The notes below the pieces were generated by a model. It saw only the letters and a list, made by a program, of their open reading frames with translations. It searched no databases and was not told the DNA's origin. Shown in pieces: positions 60,101 through 64,000 of a DNA stretch of 64,000 bases. Within the stretch, counting starts at the first letter, position 1; each line of letters starts with the position of its first letter. The stretch is taken from contig CM059432.1 in the NCBI GenBank assembly GCA_030390025.1, positions 6,510,001-6,574,000 on the forward strand. The letters run 5' to 3'. This stretch comes from Squalus acanthias (Eukaryota). The position numbers and the translations under genes are program-made.

Positions 60101-61526
60101 GGCCGCAATTTCGCCGACTGAGTCGGGGTCAGTGTCGCGGTCCCAGCCCGCTGCCTACTGCAGCCCGCGCACTCCGTGATTTTACGTTAATAGGGCTTGT
60201 TAAGCCCGCCCTGGGAGTTTCCCGGCCAATTAATAAGAAGCGGGTCTGATGACGTCATTTGATGACACGTCATCAGCTGGTTTCCTTAAAGGGGCCATGT
60301 CCAAATTGATCTTGACAGTTCTGCTGTCAATGTTCTGCAGCATTGAGGTGCTGCAAACACTGACTAGCACTGCACAAAGGTGCATGGCTGCACCCAGGCT
60401 CTCCCATGACTCCCTCCATATGCTTATGGAGGGAGTCACAGCACGCAGGGAGATTCTCTTCCCTTCCCATGGGCAGAAGAGACCTCCCCAGGAGATCAAC
60501 GCAGCCTGGTTACACATTGCACAGGAGGGCACAAGCAGAGATGTGGTCAGAAGGACCAGGCTGCAGTGGCGCAAACCTTTCAATGACCTCTGGATCACGA
60601 AACATTACTGCCAAGCCACACTCAACCTCATCCTGCTGTGCCACTCATCACATCCACATCCCTCTGCCTTCCCTACCCTGCTCCTGCGCATCCTTACTCA
60701 CACCAACCTATCATGCACCTCCACCCATCCCTCTCTATCTACATTATCATTTCCCCATCTCACTAGCCACCCCTTACACTCACCCTCATCCTACTGCAAG
60801 CATATGAACTAACAACACACAAGGGTAGGCACTTGCGTGGTTTAGCCAATGTTCATGTGACGTTTCTGTTAATGTGTTGTCAAACATTGAAATCTATATT
60901 TTTAACACTTTACCTTATTGGACAGATCTAGGCTCACCTTTGGAAGTGTCTTAGTGAGTTCCAGTGAATGTTGAGATGTAACTTTCCACCCCCCCCCAAC
61001 CAATGGTGATGAGTGTGAACGGAATGGCTTGGACATTGTAGGGATGCTTTATGGTGCTGGTGTGGTTTGGTGTCAACTTGGCGCATCATGTGGCAGCCAG
61101 GGTGTGCAGCGTCAAGTGAAGTAAGTTTGGCCATGATGATGCCATCGCTGGCATCCCGGGCAGCAATGTTGTCGGGTGCTGACCCCCTGTGTCCTGTGCA
61201 GCATCAGGTGATTGCAGAGAAGGTTGGTGCTGTTGTTGGTGATGTTGGTGTGCCTGGTGATGTTGGAGGTGGGGCTGATTGTGGAGGGATTCTGAGGACC
61301 AAGGTGAATTTTTTTTCCAAGAGCATCGATGTTGCTGGAATAGATGACAGCTGAAGTTGAGATGACAGAAGCGATCTGTCAATGGTGAGAGAGCTTGCTC
61401 CAAAAGGTGACAGTGGATAGAGAGTTTACTCCAAAACTTCCAAACTGCATACAGCTCAAAAGTGCCTTCCAAGTCCTGAAGGCTCACGCTTCATACATTG
61501 GAAAGTGAACAGCTGTGAAATGGTAG
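60101..61526 (+). mobile_element. Internally deleted PIF/Harbinger DNA transposon remnant with a Myb/SANT-like gene
   Basis: Left TIR-like ggccgcaatttcg. Myb/SANT-like coding segment at 60384-60590. Interrupted by CR1 at 61527, so the right TIR is not in the window. Confidence 0.7.
60384..60590 (+). pseudogene. Harbinger Myb/SANT-like (trihelix) DNA-binding domain
   Basis: APRLSHDSLHMLMEGVTARREILFP..AWLHIAQE..VRRTRLQWRKPFNDL fits the NAIF1/MSANTD-type pattern (R.FS..L..L..V..R..LF..W..IA..RT..Q.RK.F.DL). Confidence 0.75.
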
Positions 61527-61813
61527 CTTTCTAAATTTCCCCTCGCTTGAACCCGCCTCTCCCCCACTATTTAGTTTAAAGCCCTATCAACTCCTGCTCC
61601 TATCTTCTATGTTTCTATGTTTCAAGTGAGGGGAAATTTAGAAAGTTAAAGAGAAAGGACAGGGCAATAGTGCAGGGTAGCGATATGGGCAATGAAAACC
61701 AGAGTGTGACAGAGCGTACAAACATAAGAGTGCACCAGCAAATAAGGTCAGAGTAGGGAAAAATGATAAAAAGACAAAATGAAAGGTTCTGTATCTGAAT
61801 GCACGCAGCATTC

Positions 61814-63082
61814 ACAGAATCATAGAAAGTTATAGCACGGAAGGAGGCCATTTCGGCCAATCGTGTCCGCGCCGGCCAACAAAGAGCTATCCAGCCTAAT
61901 CCCACTTCCCAGCTCTTGGTCCGTAGCCCTGTAGGTTAGAGCATCCCAAGTTCACATTCAGGTACAGGTTGAGCGTCCCAAATCCGGAGTTCCGGACTCC
62001 GGGACGATTGGTGGCAGGGGTCCGGAATCCGGACACCCTGAGGGAGGCTTACCAAAAACCGGAAATAGCGCGACCTGGGCCCAGGCATTTCCGGACTTGG
62101 CACGTGTTTCTGATGTCCGAAGTCCGGAAATATCGCAACCTGGGCTCGGGCGTTTCCGGATTTCGGACATCAGAAACACGTTCCGAAGTCCGGAAAATCC
62201 CGAAAACCGGCTTGGCCTCGGTCCCGAGGTTGCTGGATTCGGGACGCTCATCCTGTACTTTTTAAATGTGGTTAGGGTTCCTGCCTCTACCACCGTTTCA
62301 GGCAGTGAGTTCCAGACCCCCACAACCCTCTGAGTGAAGAAATTTCCCCTCAAATCCCCTCTAAACCTTCCACCAATTACTTTAAATCTGTTCCCCCTGG
62401 TTTTTGACCCCTCTGCTAAGGGAAATAGGTCCTTTCTATCCACTTTATTTATGCCCCTCATAATTTTATACACCTCTAAGGTCTCCCCTCAGCCTCCTCT
62501 GTTCCAAGGAAAACAGACCCAGCCTATCCAATCTTTCCTCACAGCTAAGATTCTCTACTCCCGGCAACATCCTTGTAAATCTCCTCTGTACCCTCTCTAG
62601 TGCAGTCACATCTTTCCTGTAATGTGGTGACCAGAACTGCACGCTGTACTCTAACTGAGGCCTAACTAGTGTTTTATACAGTTGAAGCATAACCCCCCTG
62701 CTCTTGTATTCTATGCCACGGCTAATAAAGGCAAGCATTCCGTATGCCTTCTTAACAACCTTATCTACCTGGCCTGCTACCTTCAGGATTCTGTGGACAT
62801 GTACTCCAAGGTCCCTTTGTTCCTCTACACTACTCAGTGTCCTACCATTTAATGTGTATTCCCTTTCCTTGTTAGCCCTCCCCAAATGCATTACCTCACA
62901 CTTCTCCGGATTGAATTCCATTTGCCACTGTTCTGCCCACCTGACCAATTTATTGATATCTTCCTGCAGTCTACAGCTTCCTTCTTCAGTATCAACCACA
63001 CAGCCGATTTTAGTATCATCTGCAAACTTCTTAATTATACCCCCTATATTCAAGTCTAGATCATTGATATATACCACAAAAC
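61814..63082 (-). mobile_element. 5'-truncated CR1 inserted antisense into the host CR1
   Basis: TSD cattc at 61809-61813 and 63083-63087. Minus ORF reads YINDLD..KFADDTKIG through to the C-terminus; tail at 61814. Confidence 0.9.
61965..62255. mobile_element. Tc1/mariner (Tigger/pogo-like) MITE, 291 bp
   Basis: TA TSD at 61963-61964 and 62256-62257. TIR caggttgagcgtcccaaatccgg vs reverse complement caggatgagcgtcccgaatccag (20/23). Removing it restores the CR1 sequence caggtactttttaaatg. Confidence 0.88.
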
Positions 63083-64000
63083 CATTCGTAACAAGGTAGA
63101 TGAATTGATGGCACAAATAGAAATAAATGGGTATGATATAATAGCCATCACAGAGACGTGGTTGCAATGTGACCAAGGCTGGGAACTGAATATTCAGGGA
63201 TATTTGACATTTTGGAAGGATAGACAGAAAAGAAAAGGAGGTGGGGTAGCTCTGTTAATAACGGATAAGATCAGTACAATCATGAGAAATTATCTTGGCT
63301 CGGAAGTTCCAGATGTAGAATCAATTTGGGTGGAGGTAAGAAATAGTAAGGGAAAGAAGGCACTGGTGGGATTCGTCTATAGGCCCCCTAACAGTAGCTA
63401 CACTATAGGACAGAGTATAAATCAAGAAATAATAGGGGCTTGTAAGAAAGGTACTGCAATAATCATGGGCGATTTTAATCTTCATATAGATTGGACAAAT
63501 CAAATTGGCAAAAGCAGCCTTGAGGACGAGTTCATAGAGTATATTCGGGACAGTTTCTTGGAACAATACGTTGTGGAACCGACCAGGGAACAGGCTATTT
63601 TAGATCTGGTAATGTGTAATGAAACAGGATTAATTAATGATCTCATAGTAAAGGATCCTCAAGGGAAGAGTGATTATAACATGATAGAATTCCACATTCA
63701 GTTTGAAGGTGAGAAACTTGGGTCTGAAACTAGAGTATTAAACTTAAATAAAGACAATTTCAAAGGTATGAGGAGAGAGTTGGCTAAAGTGGACTGGGAA
63801 AATAGATTAGAAGGTAAGACGGTAGAAAAGCAGTGGCAGACATTTAAAGAGATATTTCCTGACTCAACAAAAATATATTTCAGTGAGAAAGAAAGACTTG
63901 AAGAGCAGGATGAACCAACCATGGCTAACCAAGGAAGTTAAGGATGGTATCAAATTGAAAGAAAAGGCACACAGTGTTGCAAAGATTAGTGGTAGGCCAG

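Larger units (their letters stand above)
61527..64000 (+). mobile_element. CR1 ORF2 (APE) with an inverted 5' segment (61527-61588), split by an antisense CR1; runs off the window
   Basis: LYLNARSI|RNKVDELMAQIEINGYDIIAITETWL..YRPPNS..MGDFNL..KSDYN. Confidence 0.88.

Overview
This is eukaryotic vertebrate genomic DNA, very likely from a cartilaginous fish (shark). That inference rests on the repeat content: HER1/CR1 LINEs, SacSINE1-like DeuSINEs and L2. The window lies entirely inside the VPS13B (COH1) gene on the + strand. Four internal coding exons (764-933, 2382-2576, 14122-14246, 56406-56590) have canonical AG/GT sites and compatible phases, and they splice into one open frame. The introns between them are 1.4, 11.5 and 42.2 kb. 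Most of the long, protein-like ORFs in the track are fragments of transposable elements: CR1 LINEs (two near full-length, with zinc-finger/esterase ORF1 and EN-RT ORF2), L2, a second CR1-group LINE, DeuSINEs, an older tRNA-SINE, PIF/Harbinger MITEs, a Myb/SANT-encoding Harbinger remnant, a Tigger-like MITE, a hAT-like MITE and Penelope-like remnants. There are no prokaryotic systems, CRISPR arrays or rRNA genes. The best candidates for something new are: (1) a ~135-bp perfect palindrome with a 15-bp TSD whose centre is a minimal hammerhead ribozyme; (2) a LINE whose 5' end is a tRNA-type Pol III head joined to the endonuclease with no ORF1; (3) two near-identical inverted ~1-kb CR1 copies bracketing the 125-nt frame-shifting exon; (4) four- and five-layer nested insertions. 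Repeat family names come from motif recognition and were not confirmed by database search. Boundaries of old repeats are approximate.
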